DNA of 64,000 nucleotides from contig NC_043000.1 in assembly GCF_006345805.1 (NCBI RefSeq), forward strand, positions 163,804,001 to 163,868,000, in the 5' to 3' direction. This DNA is from Octopus sinensis. Lineage: Eukaryota. The notes under the pieces were generated by a model that saw only the letters and a list, made by a program, of their open reading frames with translations, ran no database searches and was not told where the DNA came from. Numbering within the stretch: the stretch's first letter is position 1; each line of letters begins with the position of its first letter. Positions 1 through 12,399 of this stretch are shown in pieces. Both the position numbers and the translations under genes were made by a program.

Positions 1-604
1 CTAATAATGCCGTGGTTATTTGGTGATTGCCCTCCTTTATTCCTGTTGACCCCTTTTCTTCGCTGTCGTCGTCGTCGTCATGACTATTAACCGTCGTTGT
101 TGCCGGTGTTTTTTTTTTTTTTTTTTTTTTGCCGTTGCCGAATTTGTTACCCACACCGCCGTCGCTGGTGGCAATGTTTGAGATGGTGTTATTCTTCAGA
201 TAGTAAATCTTATACAAATTCTTGGCATGCAATGACGCTTCTTGGTACGTACGGAAACATCTTTACAAACCGACCGACCCACAAACCCAGCGGTTTGTAT
301 TACAGTGACCTTTCCACTTATCACAGTCGTACTGGTGTCCCGTAGCGGCCGACATAAAGATGGGAAATTTTGCACTGCTTGTGTATGAATTAATGCGCAC
401 ACACACAGATATACGTTCACACAGAGATGTACGAACAGATATGTGTATCTCTGTATATATATATATATGCAGAATGAATGTATGTATGAATAAATGCTAA
501 CATATATTTAGCTAATATATGTTTCTATATATATAACACACAAACATTCACACGTATACATATGAACATATGTATGTTAGATTGCTTGTATACATACATA
601 TATA

Positions 605-649
<45 letters not shown>

Positions 650-802
650 ATAAGTGTATATATATATGTGTATATATATGTATGTATATATATGTGTATA
701 TATATATATATATGTATATATATATGTATGTATATATGTATATATATATACATATGTGTATTTGTATATATGTATATATATACATATAGATACACACACA
801 CA

Positions 803-1151
803 CAGGGTGTTCGGGCTAAATTTGACAGTTTGCATAAAAGTAGAAGAAAACACAATGTCCTATCCAATATAAAAGTATTTTAAAAGGTCAAACAATACCA
901 ACAATATCAAGACGGTTTTTGGAACCTGGCGCATGCGTTCGTTACGGTCCCTGGGAAGATCTTCGAGCAACTCCTGGATCTTGACCATCAGCTCGGTTTT
1001 GGTGTTGCAAGTAGAACGGTTGGTGTTTTTCTCCATCCTCCACACACATAGTAATTCATGGGATTACAGTCAGGGAGGTTGCGAGAACAGAAATATGGGC
1101 TGGGGAAGTCATAGAAATTCTTCGACAACCACTTCTGACTATTTCCAGTTG
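803..1151 (-). mobile_element. Tc1/mariner-superfamily transposase relic (C-terminal part plus one TIR)
   Basis: Minus-strand translation across frameshifts gives SQKWLSKNFYDFPSP..PDCNPMNYYVW..EKNTNRSTCNTKTEL, matching the WPPxSPDxNPxDYxxW catalytic block. CAGGGTGT TIR-like start at 803. Confidence 0.75.
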
Positions 1152-1160
1152 TACATTATT

Positions 1161-1206
1161 TGCACAACGTTTCGGCTGATATACCCTCCAGCCATCATCA
1201 GATGTC
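1161..1206 (-). ncRNA. Minimal type I hammerhead ribozyme motif in the Penelope pseudo-LTR
   Basis: Minus strand reads gacat CTGATGA t ggctg gagggtatat cagcc GAAA cg TT gtg: both core boxes, a 5-bp stem II and a palindromic stem III. Confidence 0.75.
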
Positions 1207-1256
1207 TTGGGGAAATTTTGAACCTGGGTCCTCATTCCTAAGTGTATTCTTTGATG

Positions 1257-1318
<62 letters not shown>

Positions 1319-1324
1319 GTTGTT

Positions 1325-1355
<31 letters not shown>

Positions 1356-1489
1356 TTATTATTATTATTATTATCATTATGCAGGTCACTACCTGGAATC
1401 TTGGGGTTAGTAGCCCGCGCTCTTAACCACAACGCCATATGCCCGTGGGTAATTATGGAGTGAATTTCAGGGCTTATAAATCTAAAACT

Positions 1490-2475
1490 TATAAACTAGC
1501 TACTTCCGTATGGACACCGATATATATCGACAAGAGGACGGTTTAGCTATGGGCTCGCCATTATCACCGATATTAGCCAATATATATATGGAATACTTTG
1601 AGAATTTGGCTTTAGGATCAACACCACTAAAACCAACCGTATGGCTGCGATATGTTGATGACACCTTTATACCCTGGCCCCACCAGGAAGATGTCCAAGT
1701 GCTGTTAGATCATGTGAACTCAATAAAGCCATCCATACAGTTCACAATGGAAAAGGAAAAAGACAATTAGCTAGCATTCCTGGACGTATTAATAACACGC
1801 ACCAAGTATGGATTCAGGACATCCGTATACCGCAAGCCGATCTTCAATGGACAATACCGCAACTTCAATTCCTACTATCCATACAGTATAAAGCGAGGGA
1901 TTGATCAGTGCCTAGAACATCGAGCAAATAATATAAGTAGCGATCGTGATACACACCACGAAGAAATGATCAAGCTCAATAACAATCTATTAAGCAACAA
2001 CTATCCCCAAAACATACTATCCACTCTAATTATGAAGAAAAGCGAGGATGAAACCAATAAATTGTCCACAGTCAATACAACACTTCGCAAGGAGTAATAC
2101 AACACTTCGCAAATATCTCCTTCGAGTAAAACCACCAATGAAAAAGAATATGATCAAAGACTGCATGTACACCAACCCATGCAGCCGTTGTAGGTTATAC
2201 AAAGGCGAAACATGCTGCCCCTTCAAAATAAGGGTAGACGAACATCACAAAGCTGTGACACAAGGAGATATTGCTGAATCAGATATCGCTGACCATGTAT
2301 GGAAAAATAGAGACACCTCCCCCAGTGGGATGAAGGTAAAATAATAGACAGAGAACACCACTGTAAAATACGAAAACTAAAAGAAGCAGCACATATGCTA
2401 GGACACAACCACCTAAGCAGACCAAGTGCAGATATGAATAGCATATGGGAAACGGTATTACGGAAGAATAGAAAA
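1490..2475 (+). pseudogene. Penelope RT C-terminal half plus GIY-YIG endonuclease (stops and frameshifts)
   Basis: YRQEDGLAMGSPLSPILANIYME, WLRYVDDTF, IQFTMEKEKDN*LAFLDVLI, TSVYRKP, then CMYTNPCSRCRLYKGET..FKIRVDEH and KIRKLKEA. Confidence 0.9.
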
Positions 2476-2520
2476 TATTAGATTTATAAACCCCAAAATT
2501 CACTCCATAATTGCCCACGA

Positions 2521-2580
2521 GCATATGGCGTAGTGGTTAAGAGCGCGGGCTATTAACCCCAAGATTCCGAGCTCAATTCC
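2521..2580 (+). promoter_or_regulatory. tRNA-derived Pol III A/B-box segment inside the Penelope pseudo-LTR
   Basis: A box tggcgtagtgg at 2526. The B box is degenerate here but intact (gagttcgattcc) in the sister copy at 11861. Inverted copy at about 1390-1445. Confidence 0.65.
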
Positions 2581-2798
2581 ATAACATCGAAAAATACCTC
2601 ATGATGAAGGGTATATCAGCCAAAACGTTGTGTTAACAACAAACAAGATGACAAATATCCGTCAACTGTAAACAATGTACATAATTCCTCATCTCTTAAA
2701 TACAGAGCTGTATTTCCAGTTGGCCATGACTTTGTAATCTTTCTTGTCTATATCTGTGTGTGTATGTGTGTATGTATGTATGTATGTATGTATGTATG

Positions 2799-2830
<32 letters not shown>

Positions 2831-3296
2831 ATGGCGAAATTTTATGCTTTGAGACAGATTTCGTCAAATCGATATCACGACAGCTAGTGCGCAAAATGCC
2901 TAAATTTTTTTCAAGAAATAAAATGGTCTTACCTACTCAAGACCTGAAATGGTGGGGAATTAAAACAACGAATTGAAATAATAAGCTTTAGCAAATCAAA
3001 ACAATTCGCATTGAAAGGAAGAATTCGCAAATGCTAAACAGATTACTGTTAATAAGCTGTCTGTTTATTATACCCATGAAACATTTTTCGTCAAATTGAT
3101 GTCACGATGGCAAGTGCGAATAATGCCGAAATTTTACGATTTTTGAAAGATCGATACTGATTACAAATCGACTTTTAAAAAATTCCAAATGCGTAAGTCA
3201 CCGCATGGACATAAGCCTCACAGACGTGTCAAATTTCATCAAGGTCTGTTGGACAGACTCGGAGAAGTAACAAATTCACGAACGCGCAAACTTTCC

Positions 3297-3362
<66 letters not shown>

Positions 3363-3474
3363 CATCATCATCATCATTATTTTTATTATTATTATATACA
3401 TATAAGGATATTATTGTTTACAATAATATCAAATGGCTTAGCATGCGTAAAAAAACCACAAGGAGAAAATTTAT

Positions 3475-3670
3475 TAATTAATAATTAAGAGTGCTACAAA
3501 TAGCACCAGCACGCTAAACATAGCAGTCAGAAAGCAACTGCAACCACAAATTTTCACTGATAAACATTATTCAATTAATGTGCACCAGAGAAAATTTGTG
3601 ATTGTAGTCGCCTACTGACTTCTATTTTTAGCGTGCTGGTACTATATGTAGTACCCTTAATTATTAATTA
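3475..3670. repeat. Imperfect ~195-bp palindrome (foldback/MITE-like)
   Basis: taattaataattaagagtgctacaaatagcaccagcacgctaaa... pairs with ...tttagcgtgctggtactatatgtagtacccttaattattaatta. Confidence 0.8.
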
Positions 3671-3672
3671 TG

Positions 3673-3711
<39 letters not shown>

Positions 3712-3716
3712 TAATA

Positions 3717-4475
3717 GCAGCTGTTTCCAATATCATACCGTAAAGAAGGCGACGAGCTGGCAAACACGTTAACACGCCAGGCGAAATGCATAACAGTATT
3801 TCGTCTGTCTTTACCTTCTGAGTTCAAATTCTGCCGAGGTTGACTTTACCTTTCATCATTTCGGGGTTCGATAAATTAAGTACCATTTGTGTACTGGGGT
3901 CGATATAATCGACTGGCCCCTTCCCAAATATTTCGAGCCTTGTGCCTGGAATAGAAAATAATATTATACCGTAAAGGAAAAAAAAAATAGTCGTCAGGAA
4001 TTTGACTAAAGGTGTGAATAACACCTACTTCGCTAGAAATAGGAGCTAAAATGCTCAAATAAAGCATATAACACATTCTCTGATATGAGTCGCAATCACC
4101 CCAAACACCGAACCGAGAATTCCTGAGACTGTCCGACCAGTTTCGGCTATTTCCGTAGCCATCATCAGTAAGGTTAGCTCGTTCGGTTGATTTCGGGCTA
4201 CCTCGCGTATCAGAGTATATATATTGATGATAGTTATATATGGATGGTTTAGCAGATCGTTAATGTGTATACAAAAAATTAATAAGAACTGTGGTTTGCA
4301 ATATTATACCGTAAAGGTAAATTATAGTCGCCAACTAAACCTAACTAAGTGTGCGAATAACACCTACATTGCTAGAAATAGGTGCTAAAATGTTCCAATA
4401 CTGTTTATAAAGCACATAAAATATATTCCGATAGGGGCTGCAATCGCCCTGAATACAAAACCGAGAACTCAGTGC
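3717..4475 (-). repeat. About 1.6 diverged tandem units (~340 bp) carrying a hammerhead motif
   Basis: 3960-4120 is repeated at 4300-4470. Minus strand 4170->4134 reads CTGATGA t ggcta cggaaa tagcc GAAA ctg GTC. Confidence 0.6.
3746..3959 (+). mobile_element. tRNA-derived SINE family A (aaggcggcgagctggcag head, Nin/Deu-like central motif)
   Basis: Head with gagttcaaat B box, then ctttcatc.ttcggggtcgataaattaagtacc. 17-bp TSD aatat(c/t)ataccgtaaag at 3729 and 3960. Confidence 0.85.
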
Positions 4476-4479
4476 CTCC

Positions 4480-4514
<35 letters not shown>

Positions 4515-4939
4515 GTGAAGTGCAAAGTTTCAAGTGTATGCTTGCTGATTGGGAGAAGAGTTACTGTCATTTTGGATTAAGTTCTTATTTGCGGACCGAG
4601 AAAAGATTTGTATTTTGTTTTGTTCAGTTTTTACACATATTCATTTATCCGATGCCTAGGCTTCACTTAGTTTGCTACTTTCTTACTTTCTATGAGTTGT
4701 TCTCATCGGTCTAAGTTTCTCGTTACTCCGAGTAATAGAGAAACTTGGAGGAACAAATGTGATAAAACCTCACCTTGTTGAGTATCTTACTTTCTCTCTT
4801 TTAGACATGGAATCATAGAGTGAAACACGCTTACAAGTATGAAATAATAAATCTATGAATCAATAAATACATCGCTAATATGTATAAAACTGTATGTGTG
4901 GAAATATATTCAATCATATGTGAATACATGCACACATAC

Positions 4940-6500
<1,561 letters not shown>

Positions 6501-7059
6501 ACAAACTCCGTCATAAATCAATAAATGTGTTATCTTCTAGGATGTCCTTCCTTGATGTGTTTATAACAGAGTAAAGATTTCATTTGATTTAAGAAACTGC
6601 TTCTTCGGCATGCAGATGGCAACGGGTGGCAGCGTGGGCGGGATAGTTATGATAAAGGAGAAATGGAATTTCCATATCATAACATATGAGTATGGATGAG
6701 ACAGTTTGTTGTGATTCTGTATATTTGTGTGAATGCCTATACGTTTGTATGTGAGTGTTTCAGTAAAGTGTCTGTGCTTATGAACTTCCTTTTAAACATG
6801 CCTGCATACGTATTTGAGTAAATGACAATGCACAAGATCCACGCTGGCAACATTCTGTTCTGTACGATCAAGGTTAAATCTACACATTACAGCAAGAAAT
6901 GACAATATAGGTTGATGGCATCAGACTACCTCATGGAATGGATGTTAGGCACAAGATGAAGCCGGCATTGAGGTTGATGACACTAGCATATTCACTGCAA
7001 ATTGACTGGAACTTATAAAAGTAAAGAAAAGATAAGAAGCGAAAAGTAAAAAAGAAAAA

Positions 7060-7322
<263 letters not shown>

Positions 7323-7669
7323 ACTGCCTCTATGAGAACGTTAACGCTGGTTTCATTCCGAATAATACTACAAGAGAATATTGACGTCCCTTCTGGTTGA
7401 AAGCCGACAACCTGTTTAGAGGTGAAGGTACAGGGACGCAGGAGTTTCAAATTGAGGAAGAAAATTTAACGATATTGTTTTTCTTTAATTTTTGTTTGTT
7501 TTCCATTTTCTTTTTTGCGTGGATAAAGAACTAATGCAAAAACCAGAAGAAAGAAAGAAAGAAGTTCAAAGGCTGTGTGTATCGTTCTCTAGTTCAAAAA
7601 CGAACATGAGAACGTCGCCAAGGCGGTTTGTGTTCATTGAAGGCAGAAACCGAAAATATCATTTTAACT

Positions 7670-8180
7670 AATATTTTATTTGATGAACTCCGAAAAGTTG
7701 AAAGGCAAGATTGACTTCAGCGGGATTGGAACTCAGAATGTGAAGAGCCCGAATAAATACCATAAAAACAATTCCTACGGCACTCTTAAGATTCTACCAC
7801 CTCGCTTCCCACACAGATTCACAAATAACGATTATCTTTAATATATAAAAATAATCCTGTTTTCTCTTTCAAAACTAGAAAAATAATTTCCTGAGATATT
7901 TCAATCAACGATGTTTACTTTCTCCAGAACTCGTCCTTGAGCTCGGCAATAAAATATATAAGCTAACTATTATTCAGTGAAGTGAGTTGGCAGAATCGTT
8001 AAAGCTCTGAAAACAAGCGCTAGCAATATTTCCGTTGACTCTTTACGTTCTGAGTTCAAATACAACCGAAGTCATTTTTTACCTTTCGTCTTTTTTGCAC
8101 TTTTAATGTATCCATCAAGTATTGAGCTTGATGACATCTACTTAGCCCCACCCCTCAAAATTGCTGGCTTTGTACCTTAA
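7670..8180. mobile_element. Two old family-A SINE copies, head-to-head (7670-7807 minus, 7980-8180 plus)
   Basis: aactcagaatgt and gagttggcagaatcgttaa...gttctgagttcaaat motifs. Confidence 0.6.
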
Positions 8181-8459
8181 TGAGAAGTCAGTATCATCTA
8201 CTAAACGTTTAGGTTCAGTCAATAAATCTCGACGACTGTCAAACCTATCACGAATAGAAAAATAACTCAGCTTCGTCGAGGCTATAGAGAATATTAGATA
8301 TGAAAATGGAGAATTTATATTCAAAACCGCGAGTTGCAGATTTTCTCGAGTCAGACTTGGCTTTAAATAGTGTGGCAACTACAGTCATTTTGATAATCCT
8401 GCCTTCTTACCAAGAATAACTTTATAATCTCCCCTTACACTCTGTACCTCCTCCCTAAA

Positions 8460-8508
<49 letters not shown>

Positions 8509-8879
8509 ATATTTATACACGCTTCGATATATTGGATTTTTTAAATTCATTTTTATGCTTTACTGGTGTATAATTCATTAGTTTCCTATAATTTATTTAC
8601 AATCACATTCTTTTTTTTATTTTCAAATATATAAACCATTATTATCATCGTCCTTATTATTATTCATGTTGTTGTTGTTGTTGTTATTATTATTATTATT
8701 ATTATTTGCTTTTTTACAGTCATAGAAATGTATTGTGTTAGCACGGAAATCAAATTTTATCCATAATTCGATGCATATGCATGCATCTGTATACATACCT
8801 TTTTATACACTCACATATGCAGTTATTATCCCTTCTATGTCACTGAGATGCGCATGTGTATGTATGCATATATGTATGT

Positions 8880-8908
8880 ATTTGTACTTACACCAACACA
8901 CGCGAGCA

Positions 8909-8970
<62 letters not shown>

Positions 8971-9387
8971 GCGTATGCGCATGAATTAGAATGCATTTTT
9001 CCTTAATAAAGATATATGTATGAATATATCTGCACATACATATACATACACGCCCATAGACACACACAAACACATACGCTCACACACACACATATATATC
9101 AATATAAATATATATATATGTACAGATACAGATATGTGTGTGTGTGTGTGTATGTGTTTGTGTATACATACAAATGTATATATGTATGCATGTATGTGTT
9201 TGTGCAGATGTAGATATATATATGTGTGTGTGTGTGTGTGTGTAAGTATGCATGTCTGTATATATATATCTTTATATATATATATGTATATATATGTATG
9301 TATATACATATATATATGTATATATGTACATATATATGTACGTATGTATATATATGTATGTATATACATATATATACATACGTACAG

Positions 9388-9428
<41 letters not shown>

Positions 9429-10870
9429 CATACAAGCATACATACACAGATACATACATACGTGCATACATATGCATATGCATAAGCATATATTATGATA
9501 TATATATAAGCATTATATGCCCACGCTAAATAAATTATTCATAATTTATGTATGAAAATAGATGTACACTTATATAAACATACATACATATACACCCACA
9601 CACCCATACTTATACATACATATATGTACGCGCGTGTGCATGCGTATATACATAAGCGTGTGTGTACATGTATACATATATACATATGTGTGTGTGTGTG
9701 TGTACATAAATGTGTGTGTATTTGTGTATGTATGTATTTGTATATATTCGTGTGTTACTAATATATTCATATGCGGAGGTTATTGCATGTGTATATGTAA
9801 ATGTTGTTTTTGGAGATGTGGATCAACGGGTGAGACAGTTTGCTTTCAGAGAATGTATGTGACAGTGTATATATATTGGGAAGAGAGCTCGTGTGGCTTG
9901 TGTAGATGATTGTATAAGCGTGAGGTTAGCTGTTGGCGTACGGTGTTCAATTTCCCACTCTGCCTGCAAACTGGGATTTCTAAATCATTTCCACGCAACA
10001 CGAAAATTATGTTTTGTTTTGTTTTCTATTTTTTTTGTTCTTGTTTGTTTTCCCTCTACACACGATATGATGGATCATTTTGCTTCTACCTTTTTTTTAT
10101 CCACCACCACTTCCAGGCTCTAATACTGCTATCACCACACCACCACCACCACTACCACAATCACCACGATGATCATTACCGTCGCCGCCGCCACCACCAC
10201 CATCACAACTACAACCATCAGCAAAACCACCACCACCACCACCACACCACCACCACCACCACCATCACTACCACCAACAATCTCATCGTTACCGCCAGTC
10301 ACAATCGCCACTACCACCACCACTATCACCGCAACTACTACTACCACCACCACCACTATTACTACAATTGTTGCAGGTAACAACTTCAGCATCGCCACCA
10401 TCATCCCGAGCATTACCAACATTACCATGAATATCTTCCTCGTCAACACAGAGGTCACTCGCCCCATTAAATACAACGCCCCCCCCCACCACCACCACCA
10501 CCACCAAAACAACAATAAGTGCAACAATAACAACAAACAATAGCTCGACTGCAGCCATCAACGTTAATATCGCTTAAAAAAAACACAACCTCCACCACGA
10601 GTAGGAAAACCACCATCTCCACCACCACCACCACCACCACCACCAGGGACCCTAAGTTACCCATCATCATTGCTATTACATTCACTACCTCCACAGGTAA
10701 CACCACCTCCAGCACCGCTATCATCACTATTAACACCACTGCCACTGCCACTACGAATAGCGATACCAGCAACAACACCACCAACAACATCTCTAACGAA
10801 AAGTACCACCACTACCATCCCCTTCGTTTTCACTTAACACCGCCATTAAAAACCCTGCCTCCACCACCAC
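8880..10870. repeat. TA/TG compound microsatellites followed by (CAC)n-rich low-complexity DNA
   Basis: Directly visible. A short unique island lies at about 9770-10120. Confidence 0.9.
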
Positions 10871-10901
10871 CATCTACGACACTGTTTACTAAGGGCAAGC
10901 G

Positions 10902-11203
10902 GTGGAGGCACATGGCCTAGTGGTTAGAGCAGCGGACTCGCAGTCGAGGGATCACGGGTTCGAATCTCAGACCGGGTGATGTGTGTGTTTATGAGCGAAA
11001 ACACCTAAGCTCCTCGCGGCTCCGGCAGAAGGTAATGGCGAACTTCTGCCGACTCTTTCGCCACAACTTTCTCTCACTCTTTCCTCCTGCAGCTCACCTG
11101 CGATGGACCGGCGTCCCGTCCAGGTGGGGAACCTATACGCCAAGGGAACCGGGAAACCGGCCCTTATGAGCCAGGCGTGGCTCGAGAAGGAACAAACAAC
11201 AAC
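10902..11203 (+). mobile_element. tRNA(Arg-like)-derived SINE family C with (AAC)n tail
   Basis: tggcctagtggttagagcagcggactcg...gggttcgaatctc head. TSD aagggcaagcg at 10891 and about 11205. Resembles the octopus OR SINEs (from memory). Confidence 0.85.
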
Positions 11204-11683
11204 AAAGGGCAAGCGATGGAGCCGGTACATAGTCGTTTTATCTGCTGGAAATGGCAATTAATTTCCTTCAAAGTACATACAACTCGGGAATCATTGAGAA
11301 AATGGCACCATTGTGTATGAGTCTGAGATGCACAAGAAGACGGAGCAGGCACGGTTGGAACGTCTTTGGTCGATTACTGCTAACCTGGAACTAAACAACA
11401 ACACAACTATCCAGCCAGTGCGAGATCTTCTATGCGGTCGCTCAACCAGATAGAAATAGCAGGCAAGTGCTAATCACACCCTAATGCCTTCAATAAGCAA
11501 TACAGTGGCAAATGGAGTCCTCGATGTGATCAAATGTTCGTTACTGGCGCGTCTTTGATCGTAAGTCTGCTCGACTAAACACTATGATCATCACCACCAC
11601 CATAACCAACAACAACAACAAAAATAATACTTGTTTACATCATTTACATTCAACGGATATTTGTCCTCATCTTGTTTGTTGTT

Positions 11684-11729
11684 AACACAACGTTTCGGCT
11701 GATATACCTTCCAGCCTTCTTCAGGTGTC
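11684..11729 (-). ncRNA. Minimal hammerhead ribozyme motif
   Basis: gacac CTGAAGA a ggctg gaaggtatat cagcc GAAA cg TT gtgtt. Stem I is GACAC/GUGUU. Confidence 0.75.
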
Positions 11730-11776
11730 TTGGGGAAATTTCGAACCTGGATTCTCATTTCTAAGGTATTCTTCGA

Positions 11777-11815
<39 letters not shown>

Positions 11816-11910
11816 CATTATTATTGTTCAGGTCACTTGGGCTACTAACCCCAAGATTCCGAGTTCGATTCCAAGCAGTGACCTGAACAATAATGATGAT
11901 GATGATGATG

Positions 11911-11941
<31 letters not shown>

Positions 11942-11995
11942 TAATAACATCGAAAATACCTTAGGAATGAGAACCCAGGTTCGAAATTTCCCCAA

Positions 11996-12041
11996 GACAC
12001 CTGAAGAAGGCTGGAGGGTATACCAGCCGAAAGGTTGTGTT
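11996..12041 (+). ncRNA. Minimal hammerhead motif with mutated stem III
   Basis: gacac CTGAAGA a ggctgg agggtata ccagcc GAAA gg TT gtgtt. Confidence 0.6.
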
Positions 12042-12399
12042 AACAACAAGCAAGATGAGGACAAATATCCGTCGAATGTAAATAATGTAAATAATGTAAA
12101 TAATGTACATAATTCTTCATCTCTTTAATATAGAACTGAAAAATACTACTACTAACAACAACACCACTGAGATAGTTTGATCGAACCCATTTTGACGAAA
12201 CTCGTTATGGTCACCACCAAAATCTAGACGCGTACAGAAATAGAAGACAATGGAGAGATTAGACCATATCCACGGCCACGTTGTACTCCTACATCACTGC
12301 ATATCGAAGAGTGTTTTATGATCTTAAGCTAAGTGGTTTGTATGGCATAACAGACCGCCCCCCCCCCCGCCCCCCAGGTTTGCACCTGCCTGTCATATG

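Larger units (their letters stand above)
1152..2710 (+). mobile_element. 5'-truncated Penelope-like retroelement with inverted pseudo-LTR
   Basis: RT and GIY-YIG remnants. About 1152-1486 is the reverse complement of 2478-2710. Flanked by the 12-bp direct repeat tatttccagttg (1140-1151 and 2711-2722). Confidence 0.9.
11632..12138. mobile_element. Non-coding head-to-head pair of Penelope pseudo-LTR copies (tRNA-like + AAT + hammerhead)
   Basis: Minus copy 11632-11838 and plus copy 11839-12138, homologous to 2540-2710. Probable TSD aaaaata(a/c)tact at 11620 and 12139. Confidence 0.85.

Noticed and set aside
10902-10975. Functional tRNA genes (also 2521, 35478, 46180, 51910)
   Set aside because: They lack a complete cloverleaf/acceptor stem and are attached to SINE bodies, tails and TSDs.
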